From Euglena gracilis (Eukaryota): a stretch of DNA of 64,000 bases. Of this stretch, positions 13,301 through 26,800 are shown piece after piece (position 1 is the stretch's first letter; every line of letters starts with the position of its first letter). Both the position numbers and the translations under genes were made by a program. The notes beneath the pieces were generated by a model, which had not been told where the DNA came from, made no database searches, and saw only the letters and a program-made list of their open reading frames with translations. The stretch lies in contig CP154954.1 in assembly GCA_039621445.1 (NCBI GenBank), positions 39,021,816 through 39,085,815 of the forward strand. Reading direction: 5' to 3'.

Positions 13301-14509
13301 TTAGCTGGGAACGCACCAAACCATCAAAAAAATGGACAATATGCTCAAAACCCAGCATTTTTGTTCATTTTCTGGCGCGCCAAAAAAAATATTTTTGCCA
13401 CAAAGAAGGGGGTCAGGATCCCTCCCCCAACATGCAGGAAGGGGCCCCCCTCACCCACCTTCAAACCAAAATGCTTCCGGTCCATCCCTGGGGAGGGACC
13501 AGGGGAGACGCCAAGCCAAGCCAACCGGTCACAAGAGGGGGGGTGAGCCAAGGTGTGGCCCGCCGTAGCCGTTGCCCTCGACTTGTTCGCGCAGGCGGCG
13601 GTCGATGGCGTGGACGATGGCGGCGGCGGCTGGCGGCGGGGGGCCCTCTGCCTGGGGGGGGGGGGGTGGGGGGGGGGTTGGATTTGGATGAGAGACAACT
13701 TGCAGTTGATCCACCGAACCCGTTGGGGATTGCGACTCTACTTGAAGGGAACCCTCCCCCCCCCCTTGAAACGAACCAACCGCAAAGGGCCCCCCGATTG
13801 CGGTGCACGGGTACAGGCCCGCGACCCACCGCAGCCGCGGCCGCAGGCAGTCCACGTACAGCCAGCTGTACGTGGAGACCACCGCCAGCCGCAGGCTTGT
13901 ATGGGAATCTCGGAGGAGGAGGGGACTGGAGGGGGTGAGGGGAGGGGGATCCCCCCCTACCTCCAGTGTTCGGTCACCGAAAATTTTTGGCCCTGTTTGG
14001 ATCAAAAAATTGATTTTTTTTGAAATTTCTCTGAAATGGTGCAGTGGTGGGGAATGAAAGATGGGGAATAAAGAGGTGTCAGATGCCTTAATTGAAGCCC
14101 TTGAAATGCCAATTTGATTTCCTCTCAACTCCCCACCTGACCCAAATTACAGCCATTTTTCGACCAATCTTACCCATTTTGCCAAAGTTTCATATTGAGC
14201 TTCAAGAGGGTCCAAAAATGCACACCCAACGTGAAGCGCCGGAAAATTTTTATTTGCCGCTGCAGAGGAGGGGGAGGGGGGTGGGGGACCCCTTCGGAAA
14301 CCGGGGGGGGGGGGTGGGAGTGGGGGACCCCCCTGCCACCTCACTCCCCTAGGGGGGGGGGACCCCTACCACCTGTCTCACATCTGTGGCTGTGGAGTTC
14401 CCATACAACCCTGGCCAGCCACGCCAGCGTGTTGGCCAGGCGGCTGTCGGTGGTCGGCAGGATCAACAGCAGGGCCCGTTGGTAGGTCAATGCCAGGGGT
14501 TTTTTTAAG

Positions 14510-14564
<55 letters not shown>

Positions 14565-14819
14565 GGGGGTCCCGGGGGACCCACAAAAAAAATGGCCGAA
14601 AAATCGCGAAAAGTGCTAAAAATAGCATTTTTTCGGCGCCTGCGGCGCCGAAAAGTATATCCCACCCCCACTGGGGGGGACCCTCCCCCCCCGGGGGGGG
14701 GGAGGGGATCCGGCGGACCCACCCACCCTACCCCCCCCTCCCCCCCCGGGGGTCCAAACTTAAAAAAATCCCTGGTCAATGCACCTCATGATGATGATGA
14801 TGATGATGATAGCAATAGC

Positions 14820-14859
<40 letters not shown>

Positions 14860-17800
14860 ACAATGATGATGATGGTGATTAAAAAAAAGAAATTATTCAC
14901 ATCTCAACAAAACATGTTGACTCGATTTGCCGGGGGTTAACAGCACCAATCTAACCCCCAGTCAGGGTTCGATATAAGGACAGGTGGGGGGGGGTGGTCC
15001 GGACCCCCCCCCCCCTGCGGGCCAGGAGGGGGGGGGGGGGGGGGGGGCAACCCCCCCCCCCCAAACCATGTACGCCCTCCTTATATCAAACCCTGCCCCA
15101 ACAAAAAAAACCCAGACTTCCAACGTTTTGTCAAATTCCTTTGAGTGAAACGCAACGCTGGCAGTGACTCAAACCCAATCATCTGGGTTGTGCTCCCAAA
15201 TTCCAACTTTCCTTTTCTCTGACCCCAAATGCCAACGCCAATGGGCTCTGTGTGTCCAGCCCGCAGCAACGATCGGGGCGAGCAGCAGGGGCACCAGCCA
15301 CCAGCCGCGGACCTGTGAGAGGGAAAACGATATGAGATGATGAATTCCCCCTCGCCGACTAGGAAAATGGCAACCAAAAATAATGCAGTGCAAACAAAAT
15401 GTGTGCTTTTCTGCGAGTCAACCCACAAAATGCAAAACATTTGGGGGAGTGACGTCAGAAGATCAGGTTTCTTTTCACCAACCTGGGGGGGGCCCTGTGC
15501 TTTGTGCCTCTCGGAGCCTGCAGGCCAGGCCAATTTTCGGAGGCCAATCCATTCGGCGCCGGGGGGGGGGGCAGGCTGTTTTTTACCAACCCCGGGGGGG
15601 AGGGGGGGTCCGGAGTGCCTGCCCAGGCAGGCACTACCCCCCCCCTGGGGGGGTCGGATTTCGGCCTGTGCCCGGGCACATTCCTTTGAAAATAGGCCAT
15701 TTTTGGCTCCCCGGCGCCTTTGGCGCCGGGGTTGTGCTAGGGCACTTTTGGCCATGTGCCCTACCCCCCCCCCCCGGGGGGTCGGATTTGGAGTGCTTTG
15801 GGGTGCCTGCCTGGGCAGGCACCCCCCCCCCCGGGGTGGGGTCGACACCCGACTAAAATACAGCCTGGGGGGGGTCCCAAAACCCGACCCCCCCCCAGAG
15901 GGGTCGAAAATGCCCTATATTTGGCGCATTGCGGGGATTAGACAGAAACCCATGCGCATCCCTCACCATCGTCATTGCCTTTAGAAAGCTGCACGGCACC
16001 AAATTTGTCTTCTTTTGAATATTATCAGTTTTTGATTCATTCTGGAGAAAATTGTAAGCACACCCCCACCCCGTGTTCGTTGCGCGGGGTGGTCGTCCCT
16101 CCGCAAAGAACAAAAAAAAAACAGCCTCCGCGCGCCTGCGCGCTCTCGAACTGTGAGGGGCAGGGGGCATTCGAGGGTGTAAATCTGAAACACAGCCCAG
16201 GGGTCTCCGGACCCCCATCCCTCGGGCAGGGTACTAAATGAGTGGTCAAAAAAAACCCCAAAAATTGAGTTTTCGCACATGTTTTTTTTGAAAAATCAGT
16301 CAAACAATGCACCACTCATTTTTTTTTACTCTTTTTGGGTTCCCGGGGGTCCCAGACCCCTCTGTCTGAACGGGTCTGGACCCACCCCCCCCCCCCCCCG
16401 GGGGTCTAAACCCTCTTTCCCCGTACTCCCCCCCCCCCCCCCCCCCTCCAACCACCTTCACTCCTCACTCCAACACAAGAGAAAAAATTCTCCATCAGGC
16501 AAATTTTCGATTTTGCAATAATTAATTGACCAAAAAAAGAAAAAAAGACAAAAAATGACAAAGGGTTGACAGAATTTTTGGCCTCGGGGGAAAATCCAGG
16601 ACAAACCGAGCAATTTTTGATTGTCAAAAAGACCTTGACCCTTATCTTTACCCAAACCCTTTTGAAACTCGAAAACAGGGAGGAGGAAACCCACAAAATG
16701 CAAAAAAAACAACAACAACAACAACAACAGACATAAAAACACAAATTTTATCAAAATAGAAAAACACAAAAAAAATGCAAAAAAACAATTGTGTTCCCCC
16801 CTGCCTTCCCCTCCCCTTGCAAAAACTAACGCTCGGTGATTTGTTCTGCCCCCCCCCCCCCCGATCCCCCCTTTGCAAACCTGGACCGGCCCCAAACCCA
16901 GCGACCTCCACACAATCCCCACAGGGTCTTCTGAGTTACCCGCCCCCCCCCCCCTCCATTGTTGTACGACCGGGTTCCTGCAATCTGTGACCGGGGGGGG
17001 GGGGTCGTAACACCCCCATGACCTGCAGCTGGTGTCCGGGGGGTGGTCGTAAATGAGGGGTGGCTGTACGACAGGGGGGGGGGGGCGGGTAATTATGGGC
17101 CTGGCCACCATGCTCGAAATTCCACTTCCCCCACAGGTGGCTTTGAAGAGAACTGTCCAGGCTGAGTCCAGAATTTAAGGGGACGGGGGTGCACAATGCA
17201 AATGAAAAGAGACTTGGAAGCAAAGCACAAGGCAGACCACACCGTGGCGAAGCGGCAGGCCGGGCACAGCGGCACGCTGCGCCCGGCGACCTCCGCCTGC
17301 ACCATGCCCAGCCGGCGGTGGTGGTCCCACGCCCTTCGTTACTTTGTCATTGTGTTGACATGCATGGGAACCTTGACAGGCAGGTGGGGTGGCACTCCCC
17401 CCCCCGCAGAAATACCCCCGCCCCCCCCCCCCAAGTCAGTTAGTTTCCTTCCAACCGAAAATGGCACTTTTGACAGATATTTGTAGTCAGTTTTGCATTT
17501 GTCTGGTTACCACGGCGCACATTTAACAGAAGGGCACACATTTAAGGAAGGGCGTGGGCGGCAGCGGGCACAGAGGCCCGGGTCCGCCACCACATGGCGG
17601 ACCTGGATCTCCTTCGCCGCCCCCAGGGCAGAACGGGAAAGCCTGGTGGGGGGGGGGACGACCCCCCACACAGGAGGCGGGCGTTTGACCCCCCACCCCA
17701 CCACAGCAATTTCCCAGATTTTGTATTAGATACCATGGATGGACCATACATAAATAACATATTTTTCCCCGTCGCCTTTGGCGCCGGAAAAAACTTTGGG

Positions 17801-20800
17801 GTCGAAAACTGGTGTTCCCGGAAACACGGTGGTGTGGTGGGGCGGTCGACCCCCCCCATCCACCACCCTGTCTGTTTGGCCACCCGTTCTGCCCTGGTTG
17901 TCCGCTCAGCGGGGGTCTCAAGGAGCCACCAATACTCGGCGTCAGGCTGCTTTTTGTTTGTTTTGCTTTGTTGTTTCGATAAACACCACAAAAAAAAAAC
18001 ACAGCCTGCTCGAGCAGCTGCCGGATCCCACGCAGTGGGTCGGCAGCGCGGCGCGCGCGGGCCAGCAAGTTTTGGGGCGGGTGGAGCTGATGTTGCCCCC
18101 AGACCCTGCTGGACTGATGGGGGGGGGGGCTTCACCACAATTGCAATGCAGGCTTTTTTCCTACACCTCTGCGGGGTGTGAAACTCTCAGAACGAAAACC
18201 TCTGGCGGGAAGGCATGGACTTGGACCTTCTTGGATATCCAAATGACACCCCCCCCGGTGTGTTATTTGGGCACCCGAGCTGGGTCCCGGGGGGGGTTCT
18301 TTGGGGGGGGGGGTTGTTTTTTACATGGGAAACCAAAGGAAATCAGGGGTGTGTGTCATTGGGGCGCTCGAAATCGGCCCCCGAGGGGGGAGGGGAGTTA
18401 TTTGGGGGGGGGGGAGTTTATTTGGGGGGTTCAAAAGAAACCTGAATTGTGAAATGGAGACAAACAACACAAAAAACCCAGAGAAATCTCCCCTTTCTTT
18501 TGTTGCAAAATTTTTCAAAGTCAAAAACCCTTGTGGAGTTTGACTGCGAAAAACCACAGGGGGGTCGACCCCCTACTGAGCAATGCAAAACTGCCAGGTG
18601 GGGGAGGGGGCTTCAAAGAATCCAATGCAAGGAAAAATATTCGCATCCCTGTCCAACCCCCCACACCGGAGGAGAAGAGGACACACAGAGGAGCGGGCAA
18701 CCATCCCTCCTGGGGTCCACTCTTCCGAAAACCGGGCAGTCACCAAGCACCAGGCAGGTTGGAAATCCAGCCCCCCCCCCCCCGGGGTCAGCTGCTTTGG
18801 AGTCTGGAACGGGAAAAAAAAATGGCAAAAAATTTTTTTGCGGCCGGGTCACCTTTGCGACGACTTGGTCTGGGACAAAAACGAGTCAGTGATCCCCCCG
18901 GTTTGGTGAAGAAACTGTGAAGGCAGGAGTGAGGTGCGGGAAACCCTTTGAAATTTCGACAATTTTTGATCAAAAAAACTTTGGCTGATTTTTGGCCACT
19001 TTTGGGTTCAAATTTTTTTGGCCTTGTGGTTTGCGCCAGGACGCCGTGTCTGTGAAATGCAGGGGGGGGTCATTGGACATAACGGGGTCGTGAGCACAAG
19101 GGGGGGGTAATTGATTGTGTGTACCGGTCGTCTGTTTTGATGCCCGATACTATCCAGGCCACCGGGGCCTGCGTGGCGATCCTGCTCGTGCTCCGCTGCC
19201 TCCTCGTCCGCTTCCCGCAGGAGCACGGCGGGGGCGACGTAGGCGGCGGGTGGCGGGACCTGTCGAGAAAATGAATTGAGATAGTGGAAAAGCCCCAAGA
19301 CATACCCACACGTACACTGAGAAGACATAGCTGACCCTTGAACCACTGCTGGTGTTTAACCAGCAGTCGTTCCGGTGGCAATGAGGTTTTTGGGGCGGGG
19401 AACCCAGCCGACCTGGTCCCGGGGGCTGGTCGCACTTTTTGGCACCCCCAATTTCCTGGCATTGAGGCAATCTGGCCCCAAAAAATCCCGCCCCCCCCAC
19501 CCCCACCAGCCGCCCCGAATTATACTGAAAAAATTGCCAAAATTTCGCTATTGCGGGGTGTTTTACCAGCAGTGGATCCGGTGGCAGTGGGGTTTTTGGG
19601 GGCGGGGAACCCAGCCGACCGACATGGTCCCGGGGGCTGGTCGCACTTTTTGGCACCCTCCAATTTCCTGGCATTGAGGCAATCTGGCCCCAAAATCCCG
19701 CCCCCCCCCCCACCACCACGAGCCGCCCCATATTATACTGAAAAAATTGCCGAAATTTCGCTATTGCGGGGTGTTTTACCAGCAGTGGATCCGGTGGCAA
19801 GAGGGTTCTTGGGGGCGGGGAACCCAGCCGACCTGGTCCCGGGGGCTGGTCGCACTTTTTGGCACCCCCGAATTTCCTGGCATTGAGGCAATCTGGCCCC
19901 CAAAAATCCCGCCCCCCCCCCACCCCACCCCCACCAGCCGCCCCGAATTGTACTGAAAAAATTGCCCAAATTTCGCTGTTGCGGGGTGTTTTACCAGCAG
20001 TGGTTCCGGTGGCAGTGGGGTTTTTGGGGGCGGGGAACCCAGCCGACCTGGTCCCGGGGGCTGGTCGCACTTTTTGGCACCCCCGAATTTCCTGGCATTG
20101 AGGCAATCTGGCCCCAAAAAATCCCGCCCCCCCCCCCACCCCCACCAGCCGCCCCGAATAATACTGAAAAAATTGCCAAAATTTCGCTATTGCGGGGTGT
20201 TTTACCAGCAGTGGATCCGGTGGCAAGAGGGTTTTTGGGGGCGGGGAACCCAGCCGACCTGGTCCCGGGGGCTGGTCGCACTTTTTGGCACCCCCCAATT
20301 TCCTGGCATTGAGGCAATCTGGCCCCCAAAAATCCCGCCCCCCCCCACCCCCACCAGCCGCCCCGAATTGTACTGAAAAAATTGCCGAAATATCGCTATT
20401 GCGGGGTGTTTTACCAGCAGTGGTTCCGGTGGCAGTGGGGTTTTTGGGGGCGGGGAACCCAGCCGACCTGGTCCCGGGGGCTGGTCGCACTTTTTGGCAC
20501 CCCCCAATTTCCTGGCATTGAGGCAATCTGGCCCCCAAAAAATCCCGCCCCCCCCCCACCCCCACCAGCCGCCCCGAATTGTACTGAAAAAATTGCCAAA
20601 ATTTCGCTATTGCGGGGTGTTTTACCAGCAGTGGTTCCGGTGGCAGTGGGGTTTTTGGGGGCGGGGAACCCAGCCGACCTGGTCCCGGGGGCTGGTCGCA
20701 CTTTTTGGCACCCCCGAATTTCCTGGCATTGAGGCAATCTGGCCCCCAAAAATCCCGCCCCCCCCCACCCCACCCCCATGAGCCGCCCCGTACTGAAAAA

Positions 20801-23800
20801 ATTGCCGAAATTTCGCTATTGCGGGGTGTTTTACCAGCAGTGGTTCCGGTGGCAGTGGGGTTTTTGGGGGCGGGGAACCCAGCCGACCTGGTCCCGGGGG
20901 CTGGTCGCACTTTTTCCGACCTGGTCCCGGGGGCTGGTCGCACTTTTTGGCACCCCCGAATTTCCTGGCATTGAGGCAATCTGGCCCCAAAAAATCCCGC
21001 CCCCCCCCCACCCCCACCAGCCGCCCCGAGTTGTACTGAAAAAATTGCCGAAATATCGCTATTGCGGGGTGTTTTACCAGCAGTGGTTCCGGTGGCAGTG
21101 GGGTTTTTGGGGGCGGGGAACCCAGCCGACCTGGTCCCGGGGGCTGGTCGCACTTTTTGGCACCCCCGAATTTCCTGGCATTGAGGCAATCTGGCCCCAA
21201 AAAATCCCGCCCCTCCCCCACCCCCATGAGCCGCCCCGAATAATACTAAAAAAATTGCCAAAATTTCGCTATTGCGGGGTGTTTCACCAGCAGTGGTTCC
21301 GGTGGCAAGAGGGTTTTAGGGGGCGGGGAACCCAGCCGACCTGGTCCCGGGGGCTGGCCGCACTTTTTGGCACCCATTTCCTGGCATTGAGGCAATCTGG
21401 CCACCAAAAAATCCCGCCCCCCCCCACCCCCACCAGCCGCCCCGAATTATACTGAAAAAATTGCCGAAATTTCGCTATTGCGGGGTGTTTTACCAGCAGT
21501 GGATCCGGTGGCAAGAGGGTTTTTGGGGGCGGGGAACCCAGCCGACTGACCTGGTCCCGGGGGCTGGTCGCACTTTTTGGCACCCCCGAATTTCCTGGCA
21601 TTGAGGCAATCTGGCCACCAAAAATCCCGCCCCCCCCCCACCCCCACCAGCCGCCCCGAATTGTACTGAAAAAATTGCCCAAATTTCGCTATTGCGGGGT
21701 GTTTTACCAGCAGTGGTTCCGGTGGCAGTGGGGTTTTTGGGGGGCGGGGAACCCAGCCGACCTGGTCCCGGGGGCTGGTCGCACTTTTTGGCACCCCCGA
21801 ATTTCCTGGCATTGAGGCAATCTGGCCCCCAAAAATCCCGCCCCCCCCCACCCCCACCAGCCGCCCCGAATAATACTGAAAAAATTGCCAAAATTTCGCT
21901 ATTGCGGGGTGTTTTACCAGCAGTGGATCCGGTGGCAGTGGGGTTTTTGGGGGGCGGGGAACCCAGCCGACTGACCTGGTTCCGGGGGCTGGTCGCACTT
22001 TTTGGCACCCCCCAATTTCCTGGCATCGAGGCAATCTGGCCCCAAAAAATCCCGCCCCCCCCCCCACCCCCACCAGCCGCCCTGAATTGTACTGAAAAAA
22101 TTGCCGAAATTTCGCTATTGCGGGGTGTTTTACCGGCAGTGGTTCCGGTGGCAGTGGGGTTTTTGGGGGCGGGGAACCCAGCCGAACTGGTCCCGGGGGC
22201 TGGTCGCACTTTTTGGCACCCCCCAATTTCCTGGCATTGAGGCAATCTGGCCCCAAAAAATCCCGCCCCCCCCCACCCCCACCAGCCGCCCCGAATTATA
22301 CTGAAAAAATTGCCGAAATTTCGCTATTGCGGGGTGTTTTACCAGCAGTGGATCCGGTGGCAAGAGGGTTTTTGGGGGCGGGGAACCCAGCCGACTGACC
22401 TGGTCCCGGGGGCTGGTCGCACTTTTTGGCTCCCCCGAATTTCCTGGCATTGAGGCAATCTTGGCCACCAAAAATCCCGCCCCCCCCACCCCCATGAGCC
22501 GCCCCGAATAATACTGAAAAAATTGCCAAAATTTCGCTATTGCGGGGTGTTTTACCAGCAGTGGTTCCGGTGGCAGTGGGGTTTTTGGGGGCGGGGAACC
22601 CAGCCGACCTGGTCCGGGGGCTGGTCGCACTTTTTGGCACCCCCCAATTTCCTGGCATTGAGGCAATCTGGCCCCAAAAAATCCCGCCCCCCCCCCCCAC
22701 CCCCACCAGCCGCCCTGAATTGTACTGAAAAAATTGCCGAAATTTCGCTATTGCGGGGTGTTTTACCGGCAGTGGTTCCGGTGGCAGTGGGGTTTTTGGG
22801 GGCGGGGAACCCAGCCGACCTGGTCCCGGGGGCTGGTCGCACTTTTTGGCACCCCCCAATTTCCTGGCATTGAGGCAATCTGGCCCCAAAAAATCCCGCC
22901 CCCCCCCACCCCCACCAGCCGCCCCGAATTATACTGAAAAAATTGCCGAAATTTCGCTATTGCGGGGTGTTTTACCAGCAGTGGATCCGGTGGCAAGAGG
23001 GTTTTTGGGGGCGGGGAACCCAGCCGACTGACCTGGTCCCGGGGGCTGGTCGCACTTTTTGGCACCCCCCAATTTCCTGGCATTGAGGCAATCTGGCCCC
23101 AAAAAATCCCGCCCCCCCCCCCACCCCCACCAGCCGCCCCGAATAATACTGAAAAAATTGCCAAAATTTCGCTATTGCGGGGTGTTTTACCAGCAGTGGT
23201 TCCGGTGGCAGTGGGGTTTTTGGGGGCGGGGAACCCAGCCGACCTGGTCCCGGGGGCTGGTCGCACTTTTTGGCACCCCCGAATTTCCTGGCATTGAGGC
23301 AATCTGGCCCCAAAAAATCCCGCCCCCCCCCCCACCCCCGCGAGCCGCCCCGAATAATACTGAAAAAATTGCCAAATTTCGCTATTGCGGGGTGTTTTAC
23401 CAGCAGTGGATCCGGTGGCAAGAGGGTTTTTGGGGGCGGGGAACCCAGCCGACCTGGTTCCGGGGGCTGGTCGCACTTTTTGGCACCCCCCAATTTCCTG
23501 GCATTGAGGCAATCTGGCCCCCAAAAATCCCGCCCCCCCCCCCCACCACCCCCACCAGCCGCCCTGAATTGTACTGAAAAAAATTGCCAAAATTTCGCTA
23601 TTGCGGGGTGTTTTACCAGCAGTGGTTCCGGTGGCAGTGGGGTTTTTGGGGGCGGGGAACCCAGCCGACCTGGTCCCGGGGGCTGGTCGCACTTTTTGGC
23701 ACCCCCGAATTTCCTGGCATTGAGGCAATCTGGACCCCAAAAATCCCGCCCCCCCCCCCACCCCCACCAGCCGCCCCGAATTGTACTGAAAAAATTGCCA

Positions 23801-26800
23801 AAATTTCGCTATTGCGGGGTGTTTTACCAGCAGTGGTTCCGGTGGCAGTGGGGTTTTTGGGGGCGGGGAACCCAGCCGACCTGGTCCCGGGGGCTGGTCG
23901 CACTTTTTGGCCCCCATTTCCTGGCATTGAGGCAATCTGGCCCCCAAAAATCCCGCCCCCCCCCCCCACCCCCACCAGCCGCCCCGAATTGTACTGAAAA
24001 AATTGCCAAAATTTCGCTATTGCGGGGTGTTTTACCAGCAGTGGTTCCGGTGGCAGTGGGGTTTTTGGGGGCGGGGAACCCAGCCGACCTGGTCCCGGGG
24101 GCTGGTCGCACTTTTTGGCACCCCCCAATTTCCTGGCATTGAGGCAATCTGGCCCCAAAAAATCCCGCCCCCCCCCCACCCCCACCAGCCGCCCCGAATA
24201 ATACTGAAAAAATTGCCAAAATTTCGCTATTGCGGGGTGTTTTACCAGCAGTGGATCCGGTGGCAGTGGGGTTTTTGGGGGGCGGGGAACCCAGCCGACT
24301 GACCTGGTTCCGGGGGCTGGTCGCACTTTTTGGCACCCCCCAATTTCCTGGCATCGAGGCAATCTGGCCCCAAAAAATCCCGCCCCCCCCCCACCCCCAC
24401 CAGCCGCCCTGAATTGTACTGAAAAAATTGCCGAAATTTCGCTATTGCGGGGTGTTTTACCGGCAGTGGTTCCGGTGGCAGTGGGGTTTTTGGGGGCGGG
24501 GAACCCAGCCGAACTGGTCCCGGGGGCTGGTCGCACTTTTTGGCACCCCCGAATTTCCTGGCATTGAGGCAATCTGGCCCCCAAAAATCCCGCCCCCCCC
24601 CCCACCCCCACCAGCCGCCCCGAATAATACTGAAAAAATTGCCAAAATTTCGCTATTGCGGGGTGTTTTACCAGCAGTGGATCCGGTGGCAGTGGGGTTT
24701 TTGGGGGGCGGGGAACCCAGCCGACTGACCTGGTTCCGGGGGCTGGTCGCACTTTTTGGCACCCCCCAATTTCCTGGCATCGAGGCAATCTGGCCCCAAA
24801 AAATCCCGCCCCCCCCCCCACCCCCACCAGCCGCCCTGAATTGTACTGAAAAAATTGCCGAAATTTCGCTATTGCGGGGTGTTTTACCGGCAGTGGTTCC
24901 GGTGGCAGTGGGGTTTTTGGGGGCGGGGAACCCAGCCGAACTGGTCCCGGGGGCTGGTCGCACTTTTTGGCACCCCCCAGTTTCCTGGCATTGAGGCAAT
25001 CTGGCCCCAAAAAATCCCGCCCCCCCCCACCCCCACCAGCCGCCCCGAATTATATTGAAAAAATTGCCGAAATTTCGCTATTGCGGGGTGTTTTACCGGC
25101 AGTGGATCCGGTGGCAAGAGGGTTTTTGGGGGCGGGGAACCCAGCCGACTGACCTGGTCCCGGGGGCTGGTCGCACTTTTTGGCTCCCCCGAATTTCCTG
25201 GCATTGAGGCAATCTTGGCCCCAAAAATCCCGCCCCCCCCACCCCCATGAGCCGCCCCGAATAATACTGAAAAAATTGCCAAAATTTCGCTATTGCGGGG
25301 TGTTTTACCAGCAGTGGTTCCGGTGGCAGTGGGGTTTTTGGGGGCGGGGAACCCAGCCGACCTGGTCCCGGGGGCTGGTCGCACTTTTTGGCACCCCCGA
25401 ATTTCCTGGCATTGAGGCAATCTGGCCCCAAAAAATCCCGCCCCCCCCCCACCCCCGCGAGCCGCCCTGAATAATACTGAAAAAATTGCCAAATTTCGCT
25501 ATTGCGCGGTGTTTTACCAGCAGTGGATCCGGTGGCAGTGGGGTTTTTGGGGGCGGGGAACCCAGCCGACCTGGTTCCGGGGGCTGGTCGCACCCCCCAA
25601 TTTCCTGGCATTGAGGCAATCTGGCCCCAAAAAATCCCGCCCCCCCCCCCCACCCCACCCCCACCAGCCGCCCTGAATTGTACTGAAAAAAATTGCCAAA
25701 ATTTCGCTATTGCGGGGTGTTTTACCAGCAGTGGTTCCGGTGGCAGTGGGGTTTTTGGGGGCGGGGAACCCAGCCGACCTGGTCCCGGGGGCTGGTCGCA
25801 CTTTTTGGCACCCCCGAATTTCCTGGCATTGAGGCAATCTGGCCCCAAAAAATCCCGCCCCCCCCCCCCCCACCCCCGCGAGCCGCCCCGAATTTTACTG
25901 AAAAAATTGCCAAAATTTCGCTATTGCGGGGTGTTTTACCAGCAGTGGATCCGGTGGCAAGAGGGTTTTTGGGGGCGGGGAACCCAGCCGACTGACCTGG
26001 TTCCGGGGGCTGGTCGCACTTTTTGGCACCCCCGAATTTCCTGGCATTGAGGCAATAAAATCCCGCCCCCCCCCCCCCACCCCCATGAGCCGCCCCGAAT
26101 TATACTGAAAAAATTGCCAAAATTTCGCTATTGCGGGGTGTTTTACCAGCAGTGGATCCGGTGGCAAGAGGGTTTTTGGGGGCGGGGAACCCAGCCGACC
26201 TGGTCCCGGGGGCTGGTCGCACTTTTTGGCACCCCCCAATTTCCTGGCATTGAGGCAATCTGGCCCCAAAAAATCCCGCCCCCCCCCACCCCCACCAGCC
26301 GCCCCGAATTATACTGAAAAAATTGCCAAAATTTCGCTATTGCGGGGTGTTTTACCAGCAGTGGATCCGGTGCAAGAGGGCGGGGAACCCAGCCGACCTG
26401 GTCCCGGGGGCTGGTCGCACTTTTTGGCACCCCCGAATTTCCTGGCATTGAGGCAATCTGGCCCCAAAAAATCCCGCCCCCCCCCCCACCCCCACCAGCC
26501 GCCCCGAATAATACTGAAAAAATTGCCAAAATTTCGCTATTGCGGGGTGTTTTACCAGCAGTGGTTCCGGTGGCAGTGGGGTTTTTGGGGGCGGGGAACC
26601 CAGCCGACCTGGTCCCGGGGGCTGGTCGCACTTTTTGGCACCCCCGAATTTCCTGGCATTGAGGCAATCTGGCCCCAAAAAATCCCGCCCCCCCCCACCC
26701 CCGCGAGCCTCCCCGAATAATACTGAAAAAACTGCCTAATTCCCCAAAAAATCGTACCTCGTTTCATACCAAACAAAAATTGCCAAATTTTTTTCACTGT

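Larger units (their letters stand above)
14489..15253 (-). other. Probable nonconventional intron (5' boundary uncertain)
   Basis: aca-CAGagccc ... aacccCTG-gcatt|G gives an in-frame join; the 3' end comes from MITE 14494-14774; the stem is weak and other in-frame solutions exist. Confidence 0.45.

Noticed and set aside
13150-13532. Alternative GT-AG intron (tt|gtgacc ... ccag|g) between exons 10 and 11
   Set aside because: Also in frame, but it would place both arms of a 14-bp inverted repeat partly or wholly in exons. The CAC..GTG model matches the other introns, so this is disfavoured but not excluded.
19150-26800. Long ORFs (up to 703 aa) in the 211-bp array
   Set aside because: They are translations of tandem repeats in several frames, with frame switches at homopolymer length variants.
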